Of a stretch of 64,000 nt of DNA, positions 38,049-47,242 are shown piece by piece. Source of the DNA: an uncultured Gammaproteobacteria bacterium (lineage in GTDB: Bacteria > Patescibacteriota > Microgenomatia > CAZETR01 > Amesbacteraceae); assembly GCA_964356225.1 (NCBI GenBank), contig CAYHGA010000001.1, positions 104,220-168,219 of the forward strand, written 5' to 3'. Numbering within the stretch: the first letter of the stretch is position 1; the number at the start of each line of letters is the position of its first letter. The notes beneath the pieces are model-generated. The model did no database searches. It had not been told where the DNA came from and saw only the letters and a program-made list of their open reading frames with translations. A program made the translations under genes and the position numbers.

Positions 38049-40424
38049 CTAGGGGGTGGTTTCAGGAACTAGACGAACTTTCTCTTCTTTTTGAGCACTG
38101 AGTATTTCTGAAGGCTTGGTGGTAATGAGCTTGTGTTCGTCGGGAGAGGCGACGACGCGGATGGCGACGTGATTATTGCCGGCAAAAAACAGACCTTCGC
38201 CCACCTCGCTACTTAATAGTAAATGCTTCTCCCCCTCGGAAAGATAGAAGACCTGGGCGACTTTGTCGATGGCGGCGGGGGATTGTTTCATGAGAACTTG
38301 GATACTGGAATTGGTGACGATGGCCTTGCCGTAATCCGTGCTCAAGAAATCTTCCACGTCCTGGGTAATAGTGGTCAGCCCCAGGAAATACTTGCGGGCG
38401 CGTTTAGCAATGCCGTATAAAAAGGCGGCGGAGTCGGGGGAGCGCATCAGATACCAGGCTTCATCGACAATTAGCAGTCTCTTTTTTAAATCCCGGCGCA
38501 TTTTGGTCCAAATATAATCCAAAATAATAAAAATGGCGATGGGCTTGAGGGAGTCTTCCAAATCGCGGACGGAAAAAACAGTGAAAGGATTTTTGAGATT
38601 GACGTTGCTGGGCTGGTCGATGATGCCGCGGAAGCTGCCTTTGACGAATTTTTCAATGCGGTCGGCCAGGGCCCCGGCCTGGGGTTCTTCCATACCCACC
38701 AGGGCTTTGTAGAGGTCCTCCATGAGGGGTGGAGGGAGTTTTTGGGTTTGGGGATCTGGGGTGATGCCTTTCATTTTGTAGGTGGCAACCAGGGCCCGGT
38801 CCAAAATAGCTTCTTCGGCGGGAGACAAGACGCCCATAATGACCTTAAACAGGGAATGCAGAGAGAGAATTTTTAAGTTTAGTTCGTTTTCATCGGAAGT
38901 GTCGGTGAGGGCAGAGAGGTCGAAGGGGTTGAGGCGGCAGGGAGAATTGAAAGAAAAGTTGATATATTCGCCGCCGACGGCGTCGGAAAGAGTTTTGTAT
39001 TCGTTTTCAGGGTCGATGATAATAATTTCGGTGCCAAACATGAGGGAGCGGAGGATTTCCAGCTTGACCAGGTAGCTTTTTCCGGCGCCAGCTTTGGCAA
39101 AGACAACGGTGTTGGCGTTTTCTAAACTGAACCTGTCAAAAATTACTAAACTGCCGTTGTGCTCGTTGAGTCCATACAGCACGCCTTCGTTGCTGGTGAG
39201 TTCAGAGGAGGTAAAAGGAAAAGTAGTAGCCAGAGAAGTGGTGTCCATGTTGCGGGTGACCATGAGGTGGTCAATACAGGCAGGGAGAGTGGTTTTGAAA
39301 CCGTCGGCCTGTTGGAGAAGGGCGGGGGCGGTGGTGATAAGCAAAGAACCTAAGGTGCTGGAAACCTGTTTGGTGACCTGATTAAGTTCGCTCTCGGATT
39401 TGGCAGGAATGGTGACATACAACCCAAACTGAAAGAAGCGTTCGGCACCTTTGACCAATTGGTCTTGGAGGGAGAGGGCGTCTTCGAGTTTGGCTTGGGT
39501 GCTGGGGTCGACCACCCGGCCACGCTGCAAGTCGGTGGAGATTTCGGCCTCCATTTCGGCAATTTTCCTGCGCAGATCATCGAGAGTGGATTTGCTTTCT
39601 ACGGGGTAGACGAACATAGAGATATTTAAAGAGTGGTCAAAATTAATGAGGGGAGCCAGCCAGTTGGCGGTGACAAAACGGGGATAGCCGGCCACAAAAA
39701 GGGAGCGGAAATACCAGTCGTCGATTTTGAGGGTGTTGAAATCAACTGTAATTACTTGAGGAGCGATGGAGGAGGCGGCTGTGACTTTGGTTTCAACCTG
39801 GGAGCGGTGATAGGAGCTAAAGAAAAACTGAATAAGTTCGGGGGAAGTAAGCTGGCGGGCGCGGAGGCCGATGCGAGCCAACAATCTGGCAAGATGATCA
39901 CGCTTAGGAGAGAGAGCCAGGGCGGCGCGGGCCAGGATTTCGGCTTGGGGTTTGGGCGGAGTTGGGGACTTTTTATTGATAGAAATCAGGGATTTGAAAT
40001 TAGAGGAGATACCAAGCTCCAGAGAAGAGAAGGGAATGGCCACGTAGAACTTTTTGTCCAGGACGTTGCCCTGGCGGACGACGGTTTTAATAAAGTCGCG
40101 ATATTTGGCAAGCTGGTCATGTAAAAGAGAGTTGGCAGTTTTTCCCAGCTGCAGATCCAGGAGGGAAAGATAATCAGAAATATCCTTTTGTTTGGAGGAA
40201 ACGACGATTTGAATGGAAAAAGTGAGAGAGTTAAGAAGCTGGGCGTAGGCATAGATGGTGGCGTCCTGCTCTTTTTCGGACAATAAGCCGAAGTTAAGGG
40301 CGGAAACTTCTAACACTAAGCAAGCGGAGCCGTCTTTGAGAACGACTAAATCTTGAGCGATATCCTGGACGTCAAGATGGTCTTGGGTTGTGGATTTGAT
40401 AATGTGATTAGTTAGTTGGTTCAT
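38049..40424 (-). CDS. VirB4/ConE-like secretion ATPase
   Basis: AKAGAGKS Walker A, IIDPENEY, LIVDEAW, RARKY..TQDVEDF. Confidence 0.92.
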   Translation of the reverse strand: MNQLTNHIIKSTTQDHLDVQDIAQDLVVLKDGSACLVLEVSALNFGLLSEKEQDATIYAYAQLLNSLTFSIQIVVSSKQKDISDYLSLLDLQLGKTANSLLHDQLAKYRDFIKTVVRQGNVLDKKFYVAIPFSSLELGISSNFKSLISINKKSPTPPKPQAEILARAALALSPKRDHLARLLARIGLRARQLTSPELIQFFFSSYHRSQVETKVTAASSIAPQVITVDFNTLKIDDWYFRSLFVAGYPRFVTANWLAPLINFDHSLNISMFVYPVESKSTLDDLRRKIAEMEAEISTDLQRGRVVDPSTQAKLEDALSLQDQLVKGAERFFQFGLYVTIPAKSESELNQVTKQVSSTLGSLLITTAPALLQQADGFKTTLPACIDHLMVTRNMDTTSLATTFPFTSSELTSNEGVLYGLNEHNGSLVIFDRFSLENANTVVFAKAGAGKSYLVKLEILRSLMFGTEIIIIDPENEYKTLSDAVGGEYINFSFNSPCRLNPFDLSALTDTSDENELNLKILSLHSLFKVIMGVLSPAEEAILDRALVATYKMKGITPDPQTQKLPPPLMEDLYKALVGMEEPQAGALADRIEKFVKGSFRGIIDQPSNVNLKNPFTVFSVRDLEDSLKPIAIFIILDYIWTKMRRDLKKRLLIVDEAWYLMRSPDSAAFLYGIAKRARKYFLGLTTITQDVEDFLSTDYGKAIVTNSSIQVLMKQSPAAIDKVAQVFYLSEGEKHLLLSSEVGEGLFFAGNNHVAIRVVASPDEHKLITTKPSEILSAQKEEKVRLVPETTP

Positions 40425-40816
40425 GGTTCATTGTTCATGGTTAACGATTTCTTTAGGGCACTAATCATTTTGGATAGGGATTCTAGTTTAGTGTAATAGA
40501 TGCTTAAGTTTTGAGGGTTAATGTATCCTTGGCTTTTTGCAATTGTTAATATGGCGACACATTCATAACATGAACCACGGGACAGGTCCAAGAAATGACG
40601 AAAGTCGTTGATTTTTCTACTGCTTCCTTCGGCGATGTTTAGAGCAATAGATACAACAGCTCTTCTTAATTGGTCGGTTAGGCCATAGGTTTCTTGTTTG
40701 GGCCATGAATTTGTAATGCTGTAAATCTCTGAAGCAATGCTTAATGCTTCTTGATAGACACGCAATTCTTCAAATTTGAACATTTCTATGAACTATGAAC
40801 TAACTAACCGTGAACT
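40407..40816. mobile_element. Candidate element: four-helix-bundle gene between inverted GTTCAT arrays
   Basis: Left ttagttagttg gttcatg gttcatt gttcatg; right ctatgaa ctatgaa ctaa ctaa ccgtgaa (reverse complement of the same unit). Confidence 0.45.
40421..40783 (-). CDS. Four-helix-bundle protein (23S rRNA IVP/bAvd-like)
   Basis: FEELRVYQ..P.QETYGLTDQLRRAVVSIALNIAEG..F.HFL..SRGS..E. Confidence 0.92.
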   Translation of the reverse strand: MFKFEELRVYQEALSIASEIYSITNSWPKQETYGLTDQLRRAVVSIALNIAEGSSRKINDFRHFLDLSRGSCYECVAILTIAKSQGYINPQNLSIYYTKLESLSKMISALKKSLTMNNEP

Positions 40817-41623
40817 TTCAAGTTGGGCTTTGATGACTATGGGGGAAATAATTTTATTTTCGGCTTGGAGAGTGAGGGGGGAAAATTGTAGGCCCTCCTT
40901 CTCGGCTATTAGAGTGTAGGTTCCTTGGGGTAGTGGGGTAGCAGTCATAAACTGGCCGAGTTTGTTGGAGCGGAGAGCCCGGACAGGAACACCTGCGGCA
41001 TCGGATAATTCTAAAATTACTCCTTCTAAGTACGATCCGGCGGAATCAAGAACTTGGCCAGTGAGAAGGTTGGGGTAGTCGGGAGAGGGAATTGAGTTAT
41101 TGGTTACTTGGTTACTTGGTTCATGGTTCATAGCGGCCGGAGGTTTGATGACTGGTGTTTGGTATTCAGTATTCAATATTCGGTGTTCGGTTGAGGGTTG
41201 AATGGCCGAGAAGGCCAGGTTGGGGTGGGAGAAGATTTGGGAGAAACGAGCAAAAAGCTGGCCTTCGATTACGTCAAGAGTAGTTTTTTTAGTTATTTGG
41301 TTAGTTGGTTCATGGTTCATGGTAGCCGGGGGTTGGGAAGTTTCGGACCAGTGAAATTCTGTGGGAGAGTAGATGGCTTTGATAAAAGCCATGATCCATT
41401 GGGAAAAAGGGCGGCCGGAGACGGGAACAAAAGCCAACATGATACCCATTAAAACCGACAGGGCCATGACGGGCCATTTAATGAAAAAAGGGAGGGGAAG
41501 GCGGTATAAAACCGCAGCAACGGCAATGCCGCCGGCTAATTGGAAAAATTGCTTGAGGGTCATGTCACCCACGAGGTGAAATTCGTATGAAGAAATATTT
41601 TGTGGTACAGGGTGCTGATCCAT
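40793..41623 (-). CDS. PrgI-family protein with C-terminal carboxypeptidase-regulatory-like domain
   Basis: QHPVPQNISSYEFHLVGDMTLKQF; 2 TM; linker holds three arrays (41096-41133, 41162-41191, 41292-41323). Confidence 0.85.
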   Translation of the reverse strand: MDQHPVPQNISSYEFHLVGDMTLKQFFQLAGGIAVAAVLYRLPLPFFIKWPVMALSVLMGIMLAFVPVSGRPFSQWIMAFIKAIYSPTEFHWSETSQPPATMNHEPTNQITKKTTLDVIEGQLFARFSQIFSHPNLAFSAIQPSTEHRILNTEYQTPVIKPPAAMNHEPSNQVTNNSIPSPDYPNLLTGQVLDSAGSYLEGVILELSDAAGVPVRALRSNKLGQFMTATPLPQGTYTLIAEKEGLQFSPLTLQAENKIISPIVIKAQLESSRLVSS

Positions 41624-41630
41624 TTTAAAC

Positions 41631-41947
41631 AGTGCTCAGATAAAAGAGAAAAGTGCTCAGGATTTTAACCCTAAGTTTTTGATAGTTGTTGTAAGTAACT
41701 TGATGACTTCTTTTTTACTGTTTCTTCCGTATCCTTCGGCGATATTTGCACCAATTGAACTAGAGGATCTTAATATTTGTTTGTATAAAACTTCAGACGT
41801 TTTGTTACCAGGAAGATGGCTAAAAAGAAGAACTATTTCTTTTGTCCCCTGTTTGGCTTTCTGAAAATAGATGAGATTATGATGATCAAAGTAACTCATA
41901 GGCAGGCTAAATCTATACTGAGTACTTCTCTCTGAGCACTGAGTACT
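41631..41947. mobile_element. Second candidate element: four-helix-bundle remnant between inverted AGTGCTC arrays
   Basis: Left agtgctc agataaa agagaaa agtgctc ag; right ctgagta cttctct ctgagca ctgagta ct. Confidence 0.4.
41657..41899 (-). pseudogene. Four-helix-bundle protein, internally deleted (80 aa)
   Basis: KQILRSSSSIGANIAEGYGRNSKKE joined directly to a C-terminal helix; the F..IA.GS..E helix is missing. Confidence 0.75.
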
Positions 41948-41986
41948 AGTCAATAGTACCCCGTGAAGTCTTTTGTGCAAGTTGCG

Positions 41987-42004
41987 GGCTTTTTCACACA
42001 AAAG
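41987..42004 (+). repeat. 18-bp direct repeat, copy 1
   Basis: ggctttttcacacaaaag, identical to 42884-42901. Confidence 0.9.
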
Positions 42005-42031
42005 TTTTGTAGCCGATGGTATAATTTTATT

Positions 42032-42463
42032 ATGGTTAAGTTGGACATCAATAGAAAAGGGCTGGAAAAAATTTGTCGCAAATACGGCGTGATTGCGGTG
42101 TATGTGCATGGGTCGCAAGTTAAGGGTTATGCCGCACCGGATTCAGATACTGACGTGGCGGTGGTAGTGAGAGATAGAAATAAGTTGGAACGAGGACATT
42201 TCGGTAGCTATAACGTTGTAAATGAAATGGAAGGAGTGTTGAGTATAAAAAACCCCGACGTGAGAGTAGTTGACAAAGACAGTTCGCCAGTGTTTCTATT
42301 CGAGATTATTTCTGATGGAAAAATCGTTTATCAGGAGAACGAAAGTTCTAGGCTTGGATTTGAAGAGAGAGTTTTGCGAACTTATTATGATGCTGAATAT
42401 ATGAGAGAAGTTTATGGAGATTATTTATACAGAGATATTAAAGCGAGGGCCTATGCCAATTAA
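42032..42463 (+). CDS. MntA-like minimal nucleotidyltransferase antitoxin
   Basis: GSQVKGYAAPDSDTD (GSx10DxD); TATAAT 6 nt before ATG. Confidence 0.9.
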   Translation: MVKLDINRKGLEKICRKYGVIAVYVHGSQVKGYAAPDSDTDVAVVVRDRNKLERGHFGSYNVVNEMEGVLSIKNPDVRVVDKDSSPVFLFEIISDGKIVYQENESSRLGFEERVLRTYYDAEYMREVYGDYLYRDIKARAYAN

Positions 42464-42884
42464 AGAAGAGGTGGTTCGGGAAAAATTAATCAAAATCCGA
42501 AAAATGGTAGACAGGATTGGAAACATGGATTTTACGGAAGAGGAATTTGACGAAGACGTAGATGTGCAAGATTTACTGGTTTTTCGTCTAGAGCAAGCGG
42601 TGGAACAGGCGATTGATATTGCTACTCATCTGGTTTCTGCCAAAGGTCTACCAAGGCCAGGAACTTTAAAAGAATTATTTGGAGCGTTGGGTAAAGCCAA
42701 AATGTTACCTGAAGAAATCACTAAGGCCATGACTAAAGCCGTAGGTTTCAGGAATATTGCGGTACATGAATACGACGATGTTAAATTTGATATTAAAAAG
42801 GTCTACAGAGATTATAAAGATGATGTCCGGGACTTGAAGAAATTTTGTGCAGAAGTGGTGAGGCTTTTGGAAAAAGAGAGGTAG
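42453..42884 (+). CDS. HepT-like HEPN (DUF86) RNase toxin
   Basis: FRNIAVHEY (Rx4HxY). Confidence 0.9.
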   Translation: MPIKEEVVREKLIKIRKMVDRIGNMDFTEEEFDEDVDVQDLLVFRLEQAVEQAIDIATHLVSAKGLPRPGTLKELFGALGKAKMLPEEITKAMTKAVGFRNIAVHEYDDVKFDIKKVYRDYKDDVRDLKKFCAEVVRLLEKER

Positions 42885-42901
42885 GCTTTTTCACACAAAA
42901 G
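42884..42901 (+). repeat. 18-bp direct repeat, copy 2
   Basis: ggctttttcacacaaaag. Confidence 0.9.
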
Positions 42902-42926
42902 GGAGTGGATGTTGTAGAATTGTGGT

Positions 42927-45410
42927 ATGGCAGATCCTCCAACTGAGACCCCACATCCGGAAGCGGACGGTATCGATCCTGGGGTGTTGGCGTTTGCTCG
43001 GATGTTAATGGCGGCTGGCCAGTCTGGGGTTGGGGGCGAGTTTAGTGGCCCAGTTGATCCGTTGCACCCAGAAAAAGGGATGGCTAGGTATAGGATGTCG
43101 GAGCTGGAAATGGACTTATATAACGAAAAGGACTCGGATAAATTGAAGGCTGCAATAAGAAGGGGAATAGATATTTTGGATGGGATTCCAGACGCATTAC
43201 ACACGGGAGATACTCCTTTGATTATGAGCAGTTTTATTAATCCGCAAGTTAAACCACTTCAAAATACTGATTACGGTTTGTGGGTGGTTATTCATAGCAG
43301 AGTAGCAAAAGCTGCCGCTGACTTGAGAACTAGAGCTGAAAGGGCGGGGGTGAAGGTGGAGCATGAAACCGCAGAACTGATGAGGCAGGATATGGAGACG
43401 GCAAAGGCAGAAAAAGAAGATCCGCGGTATAAAGATCCGCTAATTTGGTTGTACTTGAAGAGGAAAGAGGAGAGTGTGGCTAGGGCGGCGGACGTCGAAC
43501 AAATTAGTGTGCAGAAGTATGAGGAAAAACATCCAGAAACTCTGGATCCGGAGATTGCTTTAATTAGAGAAGGAATTTGGGCAGAGTTTCAGGCGAGAGA
43601 ACGGCTACACAACGCGTGGGTGGACCGGATGACCACGACTGGTTCAAGTGGTAACCAACGGGGGGAAGCCGCGAGTTTATTTGTGGACCCGAACCACACC
43701 GACATTAAAGGTTCAGACTGGATCTTGTTATTTAGGGACCCGGTTCAAACAGAACATGAAGATGAGGCGATGAGGGCAATGGTAGATGTGGCGTTGGGTC
43801 AAGAGATGTTGTGGAAAAATAAAAAAACTCCCGGAGATTTAAGTGTGGACAAGAAAGAAATGTGGCAGGTGATGCTTGAAAGGCGGATACAAAAAAACCC
43901 AGATGTTTTAAAAGATTTAAAAGAATTATTGAAAAGGCCAGGATTTGAAAGTAAGACCTTACAACAAACAAAAGAGGCTTTGAAGCAAAAGATAAGTTTG
44001 TATGGAGATTTGAAAAAAGCGTATGACAGGGAGCTAGAAGCTGTTTCAAAAAAGATGGACCCAAGACACGGAAAACTGGCGGAAGCGATGGTACAAATGG
44101 CCGGGACTACGCCTAGCAAGTGGACTACCTTGGGACAGGGTGAAAGCAATTTGTTTGTGAGTGACGTCCCGGAATTTGATTTGGGTGAAAGAACGGGAAC
44201 TTGGATGCCGAGAATGGAAACGACTCTGGCAGAATATACCAGGCTGTACAAATATTTTGAGTGGAAGAATCCGTATCCAGACAACTTTAAGACATCAGAA
44301 GTGTTTGGGGAGTGGTTTAACTACGTGCTTTCTAGGGCGAAAGGAGACGTGCGAGCGGTGTATTTGGCCTGGAGAAAGTTTCAGTTGTGGGAGGTCGTCT
44401 CGAGGCCAGAGATCGGGTCTGTGAGCGACGAAGAAAGAGGGCCCAATATAGGGGACCCGACGATGGTGGGCGATATTGCGGCGTGGCATTATGGTTTTGA
44501 AAAAAAAAGGGAAAAAGAGTTTGGCCGGATCTTACGGTCTGACGGGACACATAAGGACTTGAGAGGTGAGAGTGGAGTAGTGGGGTCGCAGACGAGATAT
44601 GCAGCAGGACCGCCGGTGACAATTGACCACATTAATGTGTTGGGAGTGCCGTTTTTGGATCATGCCACAGGAACTATGAAGGGAAAACAAGGGAAGAGAA
44701 GTTTGTGGGAACTGTGGTACGAGAAAGGGACGGGATTAAAAGATTTACCCTGGATGGACATAGAAGATCCTAAGGACTGGGTGGGCGTGGACCAGGAGGT
44801 GGCACCCCACAGCTTTAATGGATGGTTATATCAGAGGTTTAATGCGGCGACAGTCATGGGATGGTTGACAAAGTGGTCGGTAACGGTGCCAGATCTGCTG
44901 AAAGTGGGCGATGATGGAAAGTTGGTTATGGAGAAGGTGGTTAAGGCGTTTGATAAGACATTTGGAGATATGGAACACGATGCGTTTAAGAGAGCTAAAA
45001 AAAGATTAGAAGAAGGGGATAGGTGGAATCAATTTGAGCCGTTTACGGTTGAGAATATGGAAAATCCCAAGCTAAGAGGAAAAATCGACCCAAGGGCGAT
45101 TGCAGTAATGGGATGGATAACCCAAAGACACCCTGACGGGTCGGGGAGAACTTCGGGGGATGATAGTAATAGACCCCTCCCAGAATATTTAAGATTTGTT
45201 CCGGGTGATTCGGAAAAGAACAACATTGGTAGAGGGTTGTCTTCAGCTTTTCAAGACTCAACAGTTGATTTACTCAGAGCCTGTTTATTTCACGGGTTTC
45301 TGGATAAAAATACCGTGGTTGAATTGATTAAATATTGTCATCTGGGAGAGGGAGCTGAAATGGAGGAGGCGAGGAATATTTACAAGAGCTTGGGTGTGGT
45401 GAAAAAATAA
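42927..45410 (+). CDS. Large soluble hypothetical protein (827 aa)
   Basis: Long ORF, TAGAAT 6 nt before ATG, no TM or motif recognised. Confidence 0.8.
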   Translation: MADPPTETPHPEADGIDPGVLAFARMLMAAGQSGVGGEFSGPVDPLHPEKGMARYRMSELEMDLYNEKDSDKLKAAIRRGIDILDGIPDALHTGDTPLIMSSFINPQVKPLQNTDYGLWVVIHSRVAKAAADLRTRAERAGVKVEHETAELMRQDMETAKAEKEDPRYKDPLIWLYLKRKEESVARAADVEQISVQKYEEKHPETLDPEIALIREGIWAEFQARERLHNAWVDRMTTTGSSGNQRGEAASLFVDPNHTDIKGSDWILLFRDPVQTEHEDEAMRAMVDVALGQEMLWKNKKTPGDLSVDKKEMWQVMLERRIQKNPDVLKDLKELLKRPGFESKTLQQTKEALKQKISLYGDLKKAYDRELEAVSKKMDPRHGKLAEAMVQMAGTTPSKWTTLGQGESNLFVSDVPEFDLGERTGTWMPRMETTLAEYTRLYKYFEWKNPYPDNFKTSEVFGEWFNYVLSRAKGDVRAVYLAWRKFQLWEVVSRPEIGSVSDEERGPNIGDPTMVGDIAAWHYGFEKKREKEFGRILRSDGTHKDLRGESGVVGSQTRYAAGPPVTIDHINVLGVPFLDHATGTMKGKQGKRSLWELWYEKGTGLKDLPWMDIEDPKDWVGVDQEVAPHSFNGWLYQRFNAATVMGWLTKWSVTVPDLLKVGDDGKLVMEKVVKAFDKTFGDMEHDAFKRAKKRLEEGDRWNQFEPFTVENMENPKLRGKIDPRAIAVMGWITQRHPDGSGRTSGDDSNRPLPEYLRFVPGDSEKNNIGRGLSSAFQDSTVDLLRACLFHGFLDKNTVVELIKYCHLGEGAEMEEARNIYKSLGVVKK

Positions 45411-45420
45411 TTTAGGAATT

Positions 45421-47211
45421 TTATCCCCTTCTTATTTTTCCGCTTAGACTGTCCACAAAGTCTGAATAGCCTTTGCCGAGTCTGCCGGCAGGGATAAACA
45501 CGCCAGGTTTGGATGGGTCTGGAATCATTAACCCAGAGCGAATACCTATTTGGGTACCTACATATGATGCTCCAGTACCGGCGCCCTCTCTGAATGGCAT
45601 GGTGGCTTCTCCGAATGCTGCCCCATACTTAAAGGCGGGAATCTTGAGGGCGTCACGGATCATATCTGCAATCTTGGGGGTGAGAGAAAAAATTACGAAT
45701 CCCGTGCCTAGAGATATTAAAACACTAATTTCTCCTGAACCGCCCATATAGGGGAGAGATAGATTTATTCCACCTAAGTCCCAAAAAGACTTAAGCCCAA
45801 GCATATTGTTTAAAAAAATATTTCCTGACAAGATATTTTGGAGCAGGAACATAATGGGTACGACCGCAAAAACAGAAGCGTTGGCGATTAAATTTCGGAG
45901 CCATGGCCCGAATCCCTGTTGGCCAGGAACGAGATCAAGCATGATTTGGAGGGGGGCTATAACTATTTGAAGGACGATCATTACATAGGCCTTGATAAGC
46001 ATCCAGAGTATTTTCCAGAGAATGATCAAGAAATATATAAAAATTATTGCAATGATGACGGCCCCCAACAATAGACTGCCCCCGGCCGTGAAACCAGCTA
46101 GGGCTATGGAAAATATACCTACTATTAACAAGGAAAAGAACAGGGTGGGAAGGGTTTGAACTGCTGCATAGAGAGCAAAGGGAATGTTGGTAGTAATGTT
46201 TATAGTTCCAGGGAGATTGGTTGTCAGTTGATTTAGACCAAGCATGCCAATAAAGGCCACAATAATCACATAAACAAGGTCAATGACAAAGCCGGCGATG
46301 GCGAAGGAGAAAGTGACTAAAAGCATAGTGATGATGAGCTTGGGGATCATGGTTTGGAGAGAGACGACGGTTTGGGGATTGATTTTGACCCGGAACATAA
46401 TTAGGAAACCAGAGGCGACTAGAAGGATAACCATGACCAGATAGGCCATGTTGCGGGAAGCGGTCCAGAGAGCGCGGACGGCGGAGCCGGAATTGCCGCC
46501 CAAACCACTGAAGCCGTATCCACCGGACTGGGCATAGGCGGGCTGGACGCCAGTGCCAAGGTCAAATAGGCGGGTGGCCATATATTTGATTTCGCCGATA
46601 CCAGAGGCGGGAGGGTTAGAGTAGAGAGCAGAAATGCCGCCGGCGAAAAGACCGGCGGGGCCGAGCTTGGCATAATCTTGGATGGTGGGGAGTTGGCCAG
46701 AGACAGCATCCTTGATAACTTTTTCAATGGCAGTAATAAAATCGAAAAAATCTGTAGCCGTATGAATATTGGCAGCGGGGTTTAACATAGTGGCGATGCT
46801 ATTGATGATCCAGTTAATTTGAGCGTAGGTGTAACGTTCGCCAAAGATATCCGATTCGTTGGTAGGATCTAAAACTTTTTTGGAAAATTGAGAGGGGTTT
46901 TGACTATACCATGGTCCGTCGGTCTGGTTCTCAAAAAGTTTAGAAATTGCCTGGCAAGTTTGTAATGACATCCCTGGGGGAAGAACGGCACAAAAATCGG
47001 CGGAGGCGGGAGGTGGAGCGGTGGAACAGTCGGAAGCTGGAGAACAGCAAGCAAGGGGATTGCTCGTGCCACACGTGACACCGCCGGAAATTGAACAAGT
47101 TCCCCCCGTGACATTAATCGTTCCACAGGCGGCAAAAGTGGGGGTAGCGGATGAGAGCAGGAGAGTAAAAGAGTAGAAGAGTGTAAGTAAAAACAGGGCA
47201 GATTTTTTCAT
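45421..47211 (-). CDS. VirB6-like polytopic membrane protein of the pilin/T4SS locus
   Basis: Signal peptide, Cys-rich N-terminus, WTASRNMAY..IMFRVKINPQT, multiple TM. Confidence 0.7.
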   Translation of the reverse strand: MKKSALFLLTLFYSFTLLLSSATPTFAACGTINVTGGTCSISGGVTCGTSNPLACCSPASDCSTAPPPASADFCAVLPPGMSLQTCQAISKLFENQTDGPWYSQNPSQFSKKVLDPTNESDIFGERYTYAQINWIINSIATMLNPAANIHTATDFFDFITAIEKVIKDAVSGQLPTIQDYAKLGPAGLFAGGISALYSNPPASGIGEIKYMATRLFDLGTGVQPAYAQSGGYGFSGLGGNSGSAVRALWTASRNMAYLVMVILLVASGFLIMFRVKINPQTVVSLQTMIPKLIITMLLVTFSFAIAGFVIDLVYVIIVAFIGMLGLNQLTTNLPGTINITTNIPFALYAAVQTLPTLFFSLLIVGIFSIALAGFTAGGSLLLGAVIIAIIFIYFLIILWKILWMLIKAYVMIVLQIVIAPLQIMLDLVPGQQGFGPWLRNLIANASVFAVVPIMFLLQNILSGNIFLNNMLGLKSFWDLGGINLSLPYMGGSGEISVLISLGTGFVIFSLTPKIADMIRDALKIPAFKYGAAFGEATMPFREGAGTGASYVGTQIGIRSGLMIPDPSKPGVFIPAGRLGKGYSDFVDSLSGKIRRG

Positions 47212-47242
47212 TGATATTACTTTAGCATAAATTTATCGAATA

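Noticed and set aside
40421-41899. Diversity-generating retroelement (because of the Avd-like genes)
   Set aside because: No reverse transcriptase and no TR/VR pair with adenine-specific mismatches seen in the window.
41900-42118. N-terminal extension of the 153-aa ORF 41657-42118
   Set aside because: It overlaps the MNT gene and the repeat flank; four-helix similarity starts at ATG 41899.
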